64,000 bases of DNA, from assembly GCA_964016885.1 (NCBI GenBank), contig OZ024741.1, positions 119,536,001-119,600,000 on the forward strand, written 5' to 3'. Below the pieces are notes generated by a model that was not told the DNA's origin, did no database searches, and saw only the letters and a program-made list of their open reading frames with translations. Positions 13,758 to 27,800 of the stretch are shown here, piece after piece; position 1 is the first letter of the stretch, and each line of letters opens with the position of its first letter. Source of the DNA: Eledone cirrhosa (Eukaryota). A program made the position numbers and the translations under genes.

Positions 13758-14855
13758 AGGGAAAGAGATGTGTATGTATATACTGTAAATTTCTGTTTGA
13801 GTTTCCAAGTTTGAAACAAAAATGTTTCCAAAACTTGGGTTCAGTTTATATGATGAGGTTAAAATGTGAATCTTTACCTTCTGAGAGGCAAAAAAGATTC
13901 ACAGTTGGCTGCATGGTGTTGATAGCACCCTTGACTGATACAAATGGTGGAGAGTAATGGTAAATATGATTTACTTTAGTACTTTCTACTACCGTGTTTT
14001 ACTATATGGTGCTTGTATTATAGTCATCATTTAGAGGAACTAATAAGAGCAACACAAGCAAAACCTATCATATGTTTGGGGCTCCATCTATATAGTAGGT
14101 ATAAACCTGACACAGAATTTCTGGCTAAGGATTTCAAGATCAACTTGTATGGCAGATCAACACATATGCTGTAATTTATGCTGTGTGTGTATATATATAT
14201 ATATATCATTTTTAATGCAGCCATGCTTGGACACCACCATGATTTTGTCAATCATATCGACGTCAATACTTATTTTTTCAAGTCTGGTACAGATTTATCA
14301 ATCCTTGTTTTGTTTTATGTGAGTGGAAGGTCGGCTCTCGCAAATGAAAAGAGGTACATCGCTCCCAACCATCCTCGCAGATAATTTAAATAGACTGACT
14401 GTGGCGGACAGCTCTGTTTCCGAGCGACAGTCGACAACATGGCAGTATGTTGACGTCTCGGGATGAGAAGTGAAGAAGTGTTTTGTTGAACTCTCTAAGT
14501 TACAAGGTGTAAACACAGTCTAACAGATACACACACATTATATATATGTATATGTAAATGGGTAAAGATCTCCTTCAGTCACAAATGACCATGGGCTTTG
14601 CACCTAGAAAGCTTACCTCAAGACTGAACAAGGTGTTTTTGTGGAAAAACCAGCAGTCTCCCATGCATACCAGTCTTTCTTCTTCATGCCACTGATGTCT
14701 AAGAGAAAGGCAATGACTGACACAGCTTGACACCAGTGATGTAATTCATTTTTACAGTTCAATGAACTGGAGCAACATGAAATACAGTGCCTTGCACAGT
14801 CTGGTCCGGGAATTCAACTCACAATTTCAGGATTATAAATCTAACGCTCTAACCA

Positions 14856-15190
14856 TTAACTCTTTAACATTTACATTACTCTTTCACGTTAAAGGCTTTA
14901 CCTCGCATAATATCGAATCTATGAGATTTTGATTGGCAGTATCGGTAGAGGGTCGGACGCCATGCTTTGCAGGAAAGAGTTATAGTCTGAGTTCAAATCC
15001 GGTCGAGGTTAACTTTGCCTTTCATCCTTACAGGGTTGATAAAATAAAGTACCAGTAATGTACTGGGTAATTGCTGGCCTTGTGTAAAAAAGTAGAAACA
15101 ATTATTTATTCAGTATGAGTAGCTGGTTTGAACAGAAAGAGGTGAGAGAATTCTGGACAGATATGGCTGGTTTAAATGCTAAAGGGTCAA
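14856..15190. mobile_element. TTAA MITE family A copy 3, interrupted by a tRNA-derived SINE (~14933-15100)
   Basis: The two MITE halves flank a SINE carrying the B-box-like gagttcaaatcc and the gcctttcatcct...gataaaataaagtaccag body. Confidence 0.7.
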
Positions 15191-15689
15191 GTCCTGTGCC
15201 TTCATTATATGGATGTGTGTGTATATGTATATATGTGTGTATATGTATATGTATGTGTGTAATTAACAACACATGCTTGCTTGGCCTCTCTCTATATATA
15301 TTTATATAGTGTGTGTGATGTTCTCTCCTATCAAGAATGGTGTATAAACATCCAGCTTTTTAATCCACTGAATATTCCACAGAGAGGTGTGCTCAGATAG
15401 CATCAGCATGATACTGTTGTGACCTGACTGGACCATTAAATTACAGGTACAGTTGATCTGATCAGTTTCCATCTACCCAATTTCATTCGTTCTTGGCTAG
15501 AGTAAAACATATTTGCCCAAGACGCCATGAACAGAACTGAATACAGTACCTTATGATTGTGAAGCAAACTTAGTACTCAGCCATGTGTGTACTTGCCAAT
15601 CATGTATCATGTATGCATGCGCACATAAACACTCTTGAGCCACTCACTTGCATAGCCAACAAGTAATACGTAATGGTACCAATATACTG

Positions 15690-17062
15690 CTACAGCAGTA
15701 ACAGTATAATCATTGTTAAATGAGGAAAGGTGATGCTCTAGAAATGAGCAACTAAAGAGACATTTGACTGCAGAAAGAGATTTACCACAACTAGTTAAGG
15801 AAACATTGGTTTTGTGCTGGGAGCATTGCTGATGATTTCTTGAAATAATTACAAGAAAAGTTCCTATATCTAGCTTTCATTGATTTGGAGAAGGCCTTTG
15901 ACAGAGTACCACAACCTGTCATATTGTGGGTGTAGATGAATGACTTGTAAAAGCAGTGTAAGTCATGTGCAGAGGTGCAGTCAGTAAGTTGTGAATTAAC
16001 AATGAGTTTAATAATAAATGTGTAGGTGGATGTTCATCAAGGCTTTGTTCTCAGCCTCTTCCTGTTTGTTATAGTTCTCCAAGCCATAACAGGAATTTAA
16101 GACCAGCTGTCTATGGGAGCTCCTGTATGCTGATGACCTTGCCTTTAATGTCCAATCTGCAGAAGGTTTCGAGAAGTTCCAGACAGAAACAAAGCCTAGA
16201 ATTGAAAACCATTAGGGTAAACTTAGCAAAAATCAAAGTCTTAGTATATGGGAAATGGTCATGTTTAAATTGCTGAAAAGGATTTGGTAGAAACTATGTA
16301 GTGCATCCAGTGCAAACTTTGGGTGAACAAGATGTGTAGCACAACCACAGACAGACTAACAGGGAAAGGGATTTAATGTATGGCAGATGCACTGGAATAG
16401 TTGGTAGTAAGATCACTAGTGAAATAAACTTCAATCAGAGAACATTCCTTAAAAGTGGTTGATAGTTTCTGTTACTTAGGAAACCAAATTAGCAGCAGAG
16501 AAGGATGCTGTGAAAGCATAGTAGCCAGGTTAGGAATAAAGTGAAAAAATTTGAGGGTGCTTGTATCTCTGCTGGCAATAAAGGGATTTTCTCTCTGAGT
16601 GAAGGGTAGATTATATGATGCCTGCACATGAAGGTTGATATTGCATAGTGGTGAAACATAGGCATTGAATGCAGAGGATTTACAGGGGTTAGAAAGAAAT
16701 GAAGCTAGCATTCTCCACTGGATGTGTAATGTTAGTCTGCATGAACAATGATGCACAGCTCAGTTGAAAGACAAACTGGACATAAGGGGAATCAGATGTA
16801 GTGTGCAAGAGAAAAGATCATACTGGTACAGATGTGATCCATATGGATGATGATTGTTGAGTGAAGAACTGCCAGGAGTTCCAAGTGGAAGGAAACAACA
16901 GAAGAGGAAGACGGAAAAAACACTGGGATAGAAGTGGTGAAAGCTGATCCCAATACTGAACCTCAGAGATGAGATGACGAAGGAACACAAGTTGAAGAAA
17001 GTTGTGTTTAAGGAGACTTGTTCAACCCATGCAAACATGGAAAGCAGATGTAAAAATAATGA
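15690..17062 (+). mobile_element. Degenerate RTE-clade LINE, RT domain through 3' tail
   Basis: Broken FIDLEKAFDRVP, VHQGFVLSLFLF, WELLYADDL and GIRCSVQE motifs. Ends in the acccatgcaaacatggaaagcagatgtaaaa tail. Confidence 0.85.
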
Positions 17063-18790
17063 GGAGTGACAGACTTTTGCACAACTTATCTACCAAATTC
17101 CTCTCATCGGATATTGCCCTACCCAAAGCTGTAGTCGAAGACATTTATGCAAAATGCTATACATTTGAACCAGACCTGGCACCACATTATTGTGAAATAA
17201 ACATGTAGGCCACTGGGCAATGTCTGCTATGTAAATATATCTCTCAACAACCAATGCTCTGGCTACAATGAAGCCATTTAATGAAAAATGAAGTGAAGAA
17301 AACATTTAGACCAAGAATTTGATAACATAAAAAGTTTTCATCGCTATTTTTCTTTGGTAAACATCAAATCTGACTGATGTGTTTCCTAGAAGTAACAGGT
17401 AAGAAAACCTAATAAGTTTACCATTAGAAAAAATAGTTACATCTGTTAAACTAATTTTATATGTTAGATATAAATAATCTTGTGTTTTATTTAAACTTAA
17501 GATTCTAGATAATTCAACTTGGAATTTTCCAGAGAGAATTTTGGTTAATCCACTAATGTTTAAGTAGCTTTGTAAAGATGGCTTAAGTATTAACACAACC
17601 TTGATGATAGCATAAGCCAGTGGTTTTCAAATGGAACCCTTATATGATTTTTGAAAAGCTATAAATCCTTTGCACCCATGCCTATATTTTATAGACGATC
17701 CCTACAGTTTTAATTTTGATGAGACATTAAATAAAACAATTTTTGTTGCAGAGAGAGTGAATTTGTTAATATAAAATTAAAAGAAATATATAATGTGCTA
17801 CTCCAGAATATATTTGCAGAACCTACTAGCATAAACTGTTTATAGCCTCTCAGGTATTGTTCTCGTAAGCATAGAAACACTATACTTATTAAATTTCCTA
17901 CAGGTTTAGCTTTGACAAATTTTACACAGAAATTCACATTGATTTTAATCAATGTTTGATGAGTATATGATTTGTAGTAGAATGGTAGATACAGCTAATG
18001 ATTGCTTTATATTTATCTTACTACTAGCAAAACAATTTAAACTGCTCATTAATAAAACAGGCTCACATGAGTTGACTGCTTGTCCTAAAATAGGCAATCT
18101 CATTTTTAAATTACAACTTTTTATCATAATTTTATATTGGAATATTGTGTTACACACTACCAAAGGAATACATTTGATTAAATCCCTTCAAATTCTAATC
18201 CAATTTTCAAAGATTATTGGAACATTTATGTAGTGAATTTCATTAGAAATGAGGTAACGAAAGGGTTAAATGTTTTTTAAATCCATTTGTATTGTTGATG
18301 ACAATGTAAAGGAAAGAAAAGTATTCATTTAAAACTTCTGTTACTATATTTATAATGAAATACATTATATAAATAATGAAGAACTTGGAAGGGTTTATTA
18401 AAATTATTTTGTATCATAAATCCTTATATCAGAAGGATTGAACATTTGTATTAATCCAAATATTGGTAATGTAGCAGTAGTAGATAAGCTTTGGAGCAAT
18501 CAATAACTGTTGGAGTTCATAATGGAAACAAAACAGTTTATTAAATGTTTTCATCATTTAATCCTTTCATCACCATATTTCTAATAAAAGACACTGCCTT
18601 TGGTTTTTGAAAATCTAGTATCTGGAGGGAATGTAACTAACTTTCTCATAATTAAGCTGATGTTTGGAACATGACCGGTTATTACATAAAATTATAACGG
18701 AAAGTTTTAGATGAATAATTAATAATTTTGTATTGTAGAAACCAATTCTAATTCAAAGATTCAAATTTGAAAAGAAATAATTTTCTTATA

Positions 18791-19039
18791 CCGTGGAACT
18801 TTGGTTTACAAACTTAATTCATTCCTGAAGGCCGTTCGTCACCTGAAGTGTTCGTAAACCCAAACTATTTTTCTCATAAAATGTTGAGAGAGGAATGCAA
18901 TGAGAGAGAGACTGTGTGAAAGACAGATATCACCATAGTAACTAACTACATAGCAAGTAATGCTTTCCCACTGGTACTCCAAATTTGTTGTTGGTTTGTG
19001 TGTTTGCTACTTGAGACACCATGAACCAAGGTTCCACTC
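18791..19039. mobile_element. Tigger-like MITE
   Basis: TA-flanked TIRs ccgtggaactttggttta / tgaaccaaggttccactc. Confidence 0.65.
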
Positions 19040-21661
19040 TATTCCCAAATTAATTATATTTGAAAGAAACAACCCATGATTTATTTTTTCTTAATTTTGA
19101 AAATAATCAGCAATTTGGAGGGATTTAGTAGTATAGATAACTTTCTCATTATTAAGCTGGTGTTTGGAACATAACTTAAATATTCTTATATAGAATTATA
19201 ATGGATCTTTCAATAACTATAAACACTAAACAGTTTTGTATTATAGAATCAGTTTCAGGTAGTTTGTTATCAAGAGTTAAAGCCATTAAGTATGGTGTGC
19301 TAAGGCAGTGAATTGGCTGAGTCAATAAAAAAACATAAGATAGAATGCATTGCGGTATAGTTCAAATGCTGTCAAAATCAACTTTGCCTTTCGTTCTTTT
19401 GAGGTCCTGTGGAAGAAATCGTCTTTACTCAAACTTGGAGAGGGGATGGGCTCCGCCAAATTCAAAGTGTCCAAGACATGCTGTATTTCATTATGCACCC
19501 CTATGACTACATCATGAATTGTTGGTCCATACATACATGCTGCACAAACTATAATTTTCTGCACCGTACAAACATAGTCCCATGGTTTTTTGTACTAAAT
19601 ATTATTAATCTCCATTTGGATGTTGCTATTTAACACTACTCAAATCCACAATAAAGAAAACTAGTTTAAACCAATAACTAAACAATAGCTATTCATATGC
19701 TGATTTCTTTTGTTTATCATACTCACCGAAACACACGCACACATTAATTATTTTATGCCTTTTATTTTTCCATGCAGGCTGGTTGGATGTATTGTTACAG
19801 ACCAAATTAGTACTTAATTATTCATGTATATATATATATATAGACAGGATTATTCAAAGACTTAACAAGCTCTCAAGTAAACTCAGTATATTCTGTAAAG
19901 TAGTTGGCGTTAAGAAGGGCATGCCAAAATTGAGTGTATATTTGGTTTAGAACTGGTTTCAGTTATTAGTCCTTACTATCATTGACAAACATTTGCTTTC
20001 AATATTTACTTCTAGTATTCAAATCATATTAATAGATGCAAAAAGATCCAATATTTAAACTATATAGATATGGTTTTAAAAATGTGAAAATATATATATA
20101 TATTTGTTTGGATTTAGGTATTAATTACAATGCTTTAGTTTGTGACTACTTCAAATGATTTTCATTCAGGCATGATCTCATGTTCTACTAAGTGCACCGG
20201 GGAGGTTTCTTTTGTTAATTTATTATATTCACTGAAACACCCACAAGCACACACATATATTATTTTATGCCCCTTTTTTTTCCATGCAGACAGGTTGTAC
20301 ATGTTGTTACAGACCAAATTCGACACACTTCAAGAGTCTGCCCAACCCTTTGTGTGGCAAGCTTTCCATATTTGGATGCCTCTCCTATCGCCAACTACTT
20401 TACAATGTGTACTGGGTGTGTTTATTGTGTTTATCGCCAACACTAGGGAGGCTGTCATGTCCTTGACATGATTGAAGGGTCCTCCCAATTCTTTGTTTGG
20501 CAGTTAATACTTCAACTAAAGCCAGGAGATATGTAGTTTCTGATTTATATTGGACTAATGTAAAAAGGTTTGCATTGAATACATGTTGGAATCTGTCCTG
20601 AACATCAAGTGAAGTTTGATATTTTGTCCAGCAATCATTGAGTGTTTGAGATGTACCCTACTTGGTTTACATAACATTTCAGTATATGCCATTCCTGTTC
20701 TCCAGTTGGATAGATTCTGTAAAAAGTATCCAATTCTAAACAAAACAACTGACATTTCTTTTTTTATATTTTATTCACTGTTTGTCTATTACAGCTGGTT
20801 TCTAAGATAAAATATAAGTATAATTATTTCTTAACACTGAGGTAATTCAATTTTATTAATGTGTGTATCTGATTTAGAATAGGTCCCGTCTAAACCCATG
20901 CTAGCATGGAAGATAGATTTAAACGATGATGATGATGACACTATCATAAGAGGCAACTAAAAGATTTAGATGTGAAACATTGCTTCAAAAAGGACCCCAT
21001 GATAAATATGAAGTCTATTTTAGGGTCCACAAAGCTAACAGCTTTTTGTTGAAGAAATGGCTTTAAAACACCTCTTTACTGTAGTTCCTTTTGTATTTTC
21101 ATTGTTGATATGAATTTCCAGTTGTCCATTTCTGTCTTCCAAACTCGTTAATTAGTGTGATGAGACATTGTTCTCTATAATTTATTCAAAGTTTGATGAA
21201 TAATGTTGCTTTAGAAACAGCAGAATCTCTGACAGTTTTCAGTTTGTTAAAATATGGCTAAATGTAAAGAACTGCATCACAAAAATTACACCTTAAGGGT
21301 TAATTCACATTTTTTTCTTCTCTGATTTGAAGCAAAGCTTTAATTGAACACATGTTGATTTACTGTTTACAGGTAAGTGTTCACCTAATCTGTCAAAAAC
21401 CTTTTTGTATTTCTCCTGTCGTGACATTTAAATTTGGCTGAGTCCATCCTCTCTCCATATCTGAACACAGTTTATTTCTTCCAGAGAAGTATAGCCACTG
21501 CTTTTGGTCACTTTCCTTGGTGTCACACTTTCTTAACTTTGTGTTTACTCTGTATTAACATTTACCTGCATTGAGCGCTTTGTGACCACCTCAAACAATT
21601 TTATTAGTATCTGTTATATTGCAGTTACAACCTCGATTCTTACCCAATATGATATATATAT

Positions 21662-21852
21662 ATAGGAACGAGTAGGACCCCGACGGCTGAGCTCAAGCCG
21701 TTTCGACGGCTAATTCTGGACGGCAGAATTAGCCGTCGAAACGGCTTGAGCTCAGCCGTCGGAGTCCTACTCGTTCCTATTACCCACTACCCTAAGTATT
21801 GAGTACTTTGGTGCGTTATGGTCCACCTGGTTCCTTACCACATTTCCTTTGT
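21662..21852 (+). mobile_element. Penelope-like element relic: inverted-duplicated end carrying a truncated hammerhead ribozyme motif
   Basis: 57-bp inverted arms with 1 mismatch and a 5-nt spacer. Stem II GACGGC/GCCGTC, then GAAA, stem III ACGGCT/AGCCGT and a GTC triplet. Flanked by (TA)n on both sides. Confidence 0.6.
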
Positions 21853-24800
21853 TATATATATATATATATATATTCTTCTCTGGAAGAAATCAACAATATG
21901 TATATTTATTTATCAACTTGGAAAATATGAAAGGCAGAGAGCCAGAACGAACATCACAAAGCATTCTATCTGATGTTCTTATGACTGCCAATTCACCACT
22001 TTGTTACCATCTATACACTATGCAGATATGTTAAGGGGTACACCACACCACTGGTAAAACAATTATCTTTTAATGAACTATTTTTTTTTCTCCAGCCTTG
22101 CAATGGACAAAGCAACCTCACTAGTTTTTGTGCTATGATAAAATGCACAAAATATACTGTTAAGTGGTTGACTGTTGAATGAAAACAATGTAAGGTAAAG
22201 AACACTCTTAGATCTTGAGGTAAATTTCTTTAGTGCTGGTACCACTGCAAAGTGGTTGGCAATACGATGGGCATCCAGTTGTAGAAATGTCAAAATTTAA
22301 AATGTACGAGTGTGATGTGGTCCCCTAACTTGAACTGTAATGATCCATACCAAGATGGAAGGGAAGAACCAGAATGATTGCATTATATCTCCTATCTCTG
22401 TCTCTCTCTATATATATGTATGTTTGTATCAAGGTCTTTATTATATACATATTACCAAGTAGATAATCTTTTGATTATAAGAACAAAGAAACTTATAGTT
22501 TCCAGCCTTGCTTTCATTTGGGGATCTTGTTTTTTTATTCTGTGTTAATAAATAAGAATAAGTTCTCGGCAAACTGAATCTGAAATCCTTTGTATAACTA
22601 TTCTAATTTTGCTTGCACTACTACTAATATTTAAAAAAAAAATATGCATGAACATCACAGTTTCTATTTCCCTTCTGAAATCTATAGGTTTAATTATTAA
22701 TTAATGAGTACTGCAGAATTATTACGTCTTTAGTGTTGGATTTCATTTATTTCATTTGTATATGAAATACTTGTATATGTCCAGAAAATGAGATAATTAT
22801 TTATCTAATTTGGAGTTATGTCCCTTGAAACACTTCCACTTGTGAAATGACAAATGATTTTTGTTTCTAAACCATACAGATCAATTTATTTTCTGTCAGG
22901 CTGGAAAATATATCATCTGCTTGACACAGATGGTATGACTGGGAAGAAGGTGTGGTACTGAGGAATTAATAAAATAATATTGAAGTAAATGATAGACAAC
23001 TGCAACAAAGAATATGACATGTGGTGCCATTTTATGTTGGTTGACTTTCCGTGCAAATGAACGTGATTATAATACTTTTGGATGGTAGCATACTGCAAGG
23101 CTTACAAGTAAAAGGAAGACCAAAATCCTTTAGCTTACAAAGGAAAGACTTAAGACCTAGAATGATAAATTTATTCCTACCTTGTCAAGATCCAGAAAAT
23201 CTCTTCTACCACCTTGGATTACTGCTACAGGAGGCAGACCAGGAAATTATCAGGTTTGCACTGAACTACTTCCGATTGTAAATTTTCAACAACACAGTCT
23301 TGATCTTTACATTTTGAGAGATCTGCAAATATTGAACTGTTTACTTTTAATGTCCTGTACCAAATGAAACCACAGCAGCAAGTTCAAAGGTTGCATCGCA
23401 TTAAAAATTTATATAGTTTATTGCAAATTTCCCAATGATCTGTCAATTAGTAAATACACTATAAACATTTGAATTAACAAGTCCAACTCTTGCTAGTAGG
23501 AAAAGCAGATGCTAAATGATAATGATTTATTGCAAATTTTCACAATGATCTATCTACTAGTATAAAGACACTATAAACATCGGAATTAACAAACCTGTTT
23601 TTTGGGGATATTTTCTGCTAAATCATTACAGGATGTTAAGAGTTAAAATTGGCTACTATGGAAACTTGAGAACACAAATGTCTTCAGATTTTTACTCCTT
23701 GTTAAGGCTTAAAATTGATCAAACTATTCAGTATCTACAATGATTTTGAAAACTCTGTAAGTACCCCTCTACTCTAGAGTAGAGACAAAAGAGCTTCAGA
23801 GAAGATAGAAATATTATGTGATAGCTGGTTATAAAGCTTTTGGTAAAGCAGAGTTGTGTAAATAAGGATAAGTAATTTATTTATGTATTTGATAACCAGA
23901 TGCTTCTTTGCTTCAAGGAAATTATATATATATATATATATAATCATTCACCCAGCTTACTCCAGTAGGATACATGATTTGTTCATTAGCTGTAAATTAT
24001 ACACAAAACTAGGATTTCGTTACTGTCTGAGTTCAGATCCTGCCAAGGTTTGCTTCGCCTTTCATTCTATACCCTAGAAGCTGGCTCTGCAGAAGGTTCA
24101 GTTGAAAAACTAAATCCAGTCATGTGGATATGACATTGGCCTCTACTTAGCAACAAGACACTTGCATTTCATGTCTGGTTGGGGTTACAGTTACCCCATG
24201 TGAGACAGTAAAGCAGGTGACTAAAGCCCTTCTGTTATGCATGTCCCTTCACCACTACCTACAACACCAGGGAAAAGGTTAGTCATCTTTACCAACTGTT
24301 TTTTTTTCCTCACTACCAAAACACGATTTTGTAGAAACTCTCCTGCCTACCAAATTGCAGCCAGTTCTTTTAGTTCCTTGCCTAAAAGATCTCTCCAATT
24401 TTTCAACTATGATGTCTCAGCAATCAGTACTTAAATGGAAAAAAAGATTTCATGTTTGCTGCTCAATTTACATTCAACTGTAGGGTAGAGTCAGGAAGAG
24501 CATCCAGCTATAAAACATTGCCTCAAAACGTCCCATCCAACCCATGCCAACATGTAAGCGATGATGATGATGATCATCATGTACATTACACATTTTGCAA
24601 AAGTTTTTCAATTCCACCAGTTTCACAACTTACACATTCAGACACATTTCCACTCACCTCAAACCACTATACTTAATAATGTTCTTTATATTACCTTCAA
24701 TAAGTGTGCTCCAAAGCTAGACCCCCTCTCTTCACCTCAAATTATTCAGTTTTTCTCTGCACAGGAAAAAAGTGGATCGTCACAGCTGGAATGCTTTCAT

Positions 24801-26034
24801 CATAGATTTGCTAGATAAGGATGATCTGGTGCTAAATAACAACCTCCTCTCTCTCTGTCTAGTAACCTATTTCCTTCTGTTGTGTAGCATATTTCTGGTG
24901 AAATATTCCAACAATATGTTCCAGTCTCAAGATGAGTTCTTTTTCTGACTTTGCCAACCAACATCTCAGATTCCTTCAGGTTCTTCTCTTTCCTTAATGA
25001 CCACAGCTACAGTAGACCTGGGAATTTTTTAGGACCTGTTCTATATCAAACATCAGCGACCACAATCACTGTTAGCTGGGACATTTGAAGTCCTGTTCTT
25101 CTAAATCAGACATTAGTGGGTCATCACCCATCAGAAATTTTCTGAAAACAAAGTTGTTAATATCAGTAGAATTTTTGACGATGTTTGGCTCAAAAATGTT
25201 ACTAAATAAATTGCCTGCCAATGGGTTTTATCTGCTCCTCTCTTGAGTCAGAAGTGTCTTACTAGATCTAGATCTCAGTATAAGCAGATTTTGCTCTCTT
25301 TGACTCATGCTTTACTTCCTGTGCATTTATGACCTATTTATTGTTACTGCTAACAATGCTCTACTCACTCCTATGCAGCTAATACTACTCTTCATTCTTC
25401 CTTGACTTTCCTTCCACATATGTCAGCTACATTAAAACACTCAAAAAATCTCAGGAGGTTGGCTAAACCTCCATGTGTGAGTCAACAACATCCACATGAA
25501 AACAGACATCTTCAGCACTGCTTCCATGAACAGAGACCATGGAAATATTCTTCAAAGAACACATGAGTTTTGTCTTCTTTAATAGCAGAAAGATACAGTA
25601 ATTGCACATATTCAGGAAACAGCTTTCTACTTCATACAGCATACAAAACTTTCACCTTCATGGCATAGAAAAAACTGTATCACAGACACTAGCTTTTCTC
25701 TTCAGCTTCAAATAACTATTGACTCTTTACAAAAGTCAAGTGAGAGGCACAGCTGTCATATGTCATACAATGTGGCTTCTACACACATACACACAAAGAC
25801 ATTCTAGATCATATATATCTGGCTGGTTGGTTAGGACTTCACCAATGCAGCACCATGTCTGGTCAACAACCATGCTGTTATAATGGTATCTGCTGTTGCA
25901 TACTTACCACCCCCATCAATACTCCTGCCTATTCTTATCAGTTATTTATTCTCTCTCTTCCCCTGCAACACACATAATTTCCTTCCAACCCATATTTTGT
26001 CTAGTCTTTGATTTACAGATGTTCATACTGAATA

Positions 26035-26345
26035 TCAACGGCATCAATTTGACCAGTCCCAGAGGGCTTACAGAGATTATTTGCAAGGTTTCTTCAATTG
26101 CATCAGTTTGACCAGTCCAAGAGGACCTGCAATGTCTTTTCAACTGCAGTGTGTGACAAATCCAAGAGGTCTTGCAGAGATCATGCATACAATCACTCTA
26201 TATCAATCAGACCAATCTCTGGGAGCCTCCAAAGATGTGTACAGTCTTTTCAACTGCATTAGTCTGACTAGTCATTGGGGCCCTATAATGGTTTTATGTA
26301 CAGTCACTACATTCACAGTAATCTGACTAGTCTTAGAGGGCCTGC
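26035..26345. repeat. Diverged minisatellite (~45-60 bp unit, ~5 copies)
   Basis: Recurrent caactgcatcagtttgaccagtccaagagg...cagag. Confidence 0.7.
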
Positions 26346-26694
26346 TGAGTCACTCTGAAACCATTAATACATATATATATTTCAGATCTTGAATTTAATT
26401 TGGTTCCACTGCAAATATTTTATTTGTGTATTTGGGCAAAATACTTAATTTTACATGCCTGAATGAACCTAGCTTTCTGGAATAGGTTGTAGATTACTTG
26501 TCAGTGTTATCTGTAATAGATATGCACCCGATATAGAGGATGGTTTATTTTCTCACCTATTCAATGCTGCAATGGTCACACTTAAGCACCATTTATAAGA
26601 GGGCCCTTGAGGGCTTGGATGACATTGTACAAATAGAACTGCTATAGCTGTATGTGCTGTGAAGTTAGCATATAAGAAAAAGTAACATATTTAT

Positions 26695-26840
26695 AAAGGC
26701 GATGAATTGGCATTTACGTTCAGAGTTCAAATTCCACCGAGATTAACTTTGCCTTTCATCCTTACGGGGTCGATAAAATAAAGCACCAGTAATGCTCTGG
26801 GGTAATTGCTGGCCTTGTGCCAAAACGTAGAAACAATTAT
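26695..26840 (+). mobile_element. tRNA-derived SINE (gcctttcatcct family)
   Basis: gagttcaaattccaccgagattaactttgcctttcatccttacggggtcgataaaataaagcaccag; near-identical to 14990-15100. Confidence 0.75.
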
Positions 26841-27419
26841 ATTTATAGGTAATAAGTCTACTATATTGCTTGCCATCTTCAAATTAAACAATTAGCTGAT
26901 CACTTGTAGATCAAACTATTTGGAAATTTGATAGTTTTACATTATGTTCCAACCCAGACAACACTTTGAATTGTAGATTTACAGTTTTACAAATAATCAC
27001 TTTGTAAGAAACAAAACCAGTTTCTCTTTCTCTTGTGTGACTAACTGAAGACAGAGCATCTGGCGATAAAATGCTACATTCCAATACATAGATGAATGGC
27101 CTGTTTCATTTGTGGAAATATTGCAACTTGTGTTTTAGTCTGGAACTGAATTTATTAAACACCGGCCACTTCTAGCTACACTTTTGATTTTTCATACATA
27201 TGAATTATTGAAATGCTAGGTGAATTTAAATTTCAAAATGTGGCAATCCCAAATAAAGAAAGTAACTGTAATAACAGTTGATCTATATAAGTACTTTAAA
27301 AAATTGGGTAATACACCCCTGATTTTCTAAACTATTTATAGCAGTCAACTGTTTTTACAGTTACTTTCTACTTTCGGGATTTCTGTATTTTCATATATTT
27401 ATGGTCCTGCAGTGTAGTA

Positions 27420-27800
27420 TATTGCCATATTCCTTGATCTTGTCATCTCAGTATTTTTTCTAATGTTGGATCGAAGTCTGCAATGTATTAGTACATGGCC
27501 CGTTTTCACCAACAGTACAGCCACCTCTCCTACACACATCAGTGAATGTCCCCTTGCTTTATCTATAAATCTTAAGATTGACTGTTATCCTGACTCCAGG
27601 GAAACATTTATCTTTTATCAGTATAAGACAAAACTAACTACATCCAGCCTTTAATAGCTTGTTTATGCTTAGTTGGCCATAACATTACACATCCAACAAA
27701 TAAACTCCTGCCCTCCTTTTTTCTCCATCCTCTGCAGTTATTTCACATCCAATGTTCAAGCCTATCACTATGCAGCATCAAATGCCTTATTTTCTATTAT
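27420..27800 (-). mobile_element. Very old RTE LINE 3' fragment
   Basis: Minus strand gives degenerate gctgcatagtgataggcttgaacattgg, similar to the MLHGSETW region of the other RTE copies. Confidence 0.4.

Noticed and set aside
24850-25760. Possible minus-strand LINE endonuclease relic; similar weak signal at 32160-32870
   Set aside because: Too degenerate to assign motifs or boundaries without alignment.
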